In this document: positions 63,356 to 64,000 of the stretch, in pieces | How positions within the stretch are numbered: the first letter of the stretch is position 1 | Layout of the letters: the number at the start of each line of letters is the position of its first letter | Assembly (NCBI GenBank): GCA_020426515.1 | Contig: JAGQPW010000007.1 | Coordinates: 10,908-74,907 of the forward strand | From: Planctomycetaceae bacterium | Lineage (GTDB): Bacteria > Planctomycetota > Planctomycetia > Planctomycetales > Planctomycetaceae | Direction of reading: 5' to 3' | Length of the DNA: 64,000 nucleotides | The notes under the pieces: model-generated | Told to the model about the DNA's origin: nothing | Databases searched by the model: none | What the model saw: only the letters and a program-made list of their open reading frames with translations | Translations under genes and position numbers: made by a program

Positions 63356-64000
63356 ATTGATTCTCCCAGTGCAGTACGCATTTGCATCATCGCCCCTTTG
63401 AGCCAATTCTGGATCTGTCGCGGAGACTTCTTAAAATGCGTGCTGAGAGTTGGTTTTGCGATTTCTGTACTTGAGATTTGCCATCCTTGGAGATGATGTA
63501 AAATGACCGCCTCGCGATGAAGTGGATTCGAAATAGCGGCAAGTGCTTTTCGAACCTGTTCGGGCCGAAGACGTTGTGCTTCGGCGAGCAGTGCTATCTC
63601 GCCAGGGTCTGGTTTCCCGTCCGAGTGGGAGGCAATGACTCCATCGTTGTCCTCGCCAATATCCTTGGCCTGAATTCTCGACTCGCTGCATTCGTGCTTC
63701 AATCGTTCTTTGAGTTTCGAGCGTTTGTTGATCGCACGCCGCTCAATCGCTCTGCGAAAGACGATTTCCAGAATCTCGCTTTGCCGACTCGGCGTGCTTG
63801 TGAAGATGAGCAGATTGACCTCTTCGGCAATCTCAATCGCAAATTCTTCGGCGATGTTGGGCGGGAAACCAGATGCGAAATCTCTTGCAATCTGAGCGAT
63901 GCGTTTTCCCAAGCACTCAATCAGCCTCCCGATGTTTTTCTGGTCGTTGCAACGCCAAAGCCATCGAATGAGGTAAACCAGAGTCTCACTCTTCAACGCG
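63352..64000 (-). CDS. Sigma-70-family (ECF-like) protein, probably N-terminally truncated by window end
   Basis: Region-4-like LHREAVILHHLQGWQISSTEIAKPTLSTHFKKSPRQIQNWLKGAMMQMRTAL and region-2-like FAIEIAEEVNLLIF...ILEIVFRRAIERRAINKR. The reading frame is open to the window edge. Confidence 0.5.
   Translation of the reverse strand, partial: ALKSETLVYLIRWLWRCNDQKNIGRLIECLGKRIAQIARDFASGFPPNIAEEFAIEIAEEVNLLIFTSTPSRQSEILEIVFRRAIERRAINKRSKLKERLKHECSESRIQAKDIGEDNDGVIASHSDGKPDPGEIALLAEAQRLRPEQVRKALAAISNPLHREAVILHHLQGWQISSTEIAKPTLSTHFKKSPRQIQNWLKGAMMQMRTALGESI

Overview
This is a high-GC bacterial chromosome segment. Hand counts on a few lines give roughly the high 50s % in the core. The gene content (HDOD-Ser/Thr kinase, many TPR and Pro-rich proteins, dnaN-DUF721-gyrB) suggests Planctomycetota, but that is inference only.

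Layout:
(1) 1-44.3 kb holds a nearly complete flagellar regulon in several operons on both strands: fliD, fliC, flgM, a sigma-54 activator, fliK-flgD-flgE, fliA, flhA, fliPONML, flgFGAHIJ-(flgN?)-flgKL, flgBC-fliEFGHIJ, fliQR-flhB, and motA plus two motB-like genes. Two canonical sigma-54 promoters are each preceded by a pair of 15-bp palindromes. An embedded signalling module is also present: mini-HDOD, pseudo-receiver LuxR regulator, and HDOD-Ser/Thr kinase.
(2) 44.4-51.4 kb holds housekeeping genes: prolyl oligopeptidase, HlyD-type adaptor, a secreted Cys-rich protein, an Ldh_2 dehydrogenase and a ROK kinase.
(3) 51.5-56.1 kb holds a DnaA-box-like cluster followed by dnaN, DUF721/DciA-like and gyrB.
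(4) 56.1-64.0 kb is an accessory, defence-like island, all on the minus strand.

The island contains a tightly coupled Ubl-E2-JAB-E1 operon whose architecture matches the Bil (bacterial ISG15-like) ubiquitin-like conjugation antiviral system. Directly upstream is a translationally coupled three-gene operon: a sigma-70-like protein, an HTH-like protein, and a 1124-aa ImmA/IrrE-peptidase + UvrD-helicase + Cas4-like Fe-S nuclease fusion. I do not recognise that fusion as a described system.

A 3.5-copy 21-22 bp tandem repeat marks the gyrB/island junction. I could not identify any rRNA, tRNA, CRISPR array or transposase. All calls come from reading the ORF translations and the DNA by eye; no searches were run.
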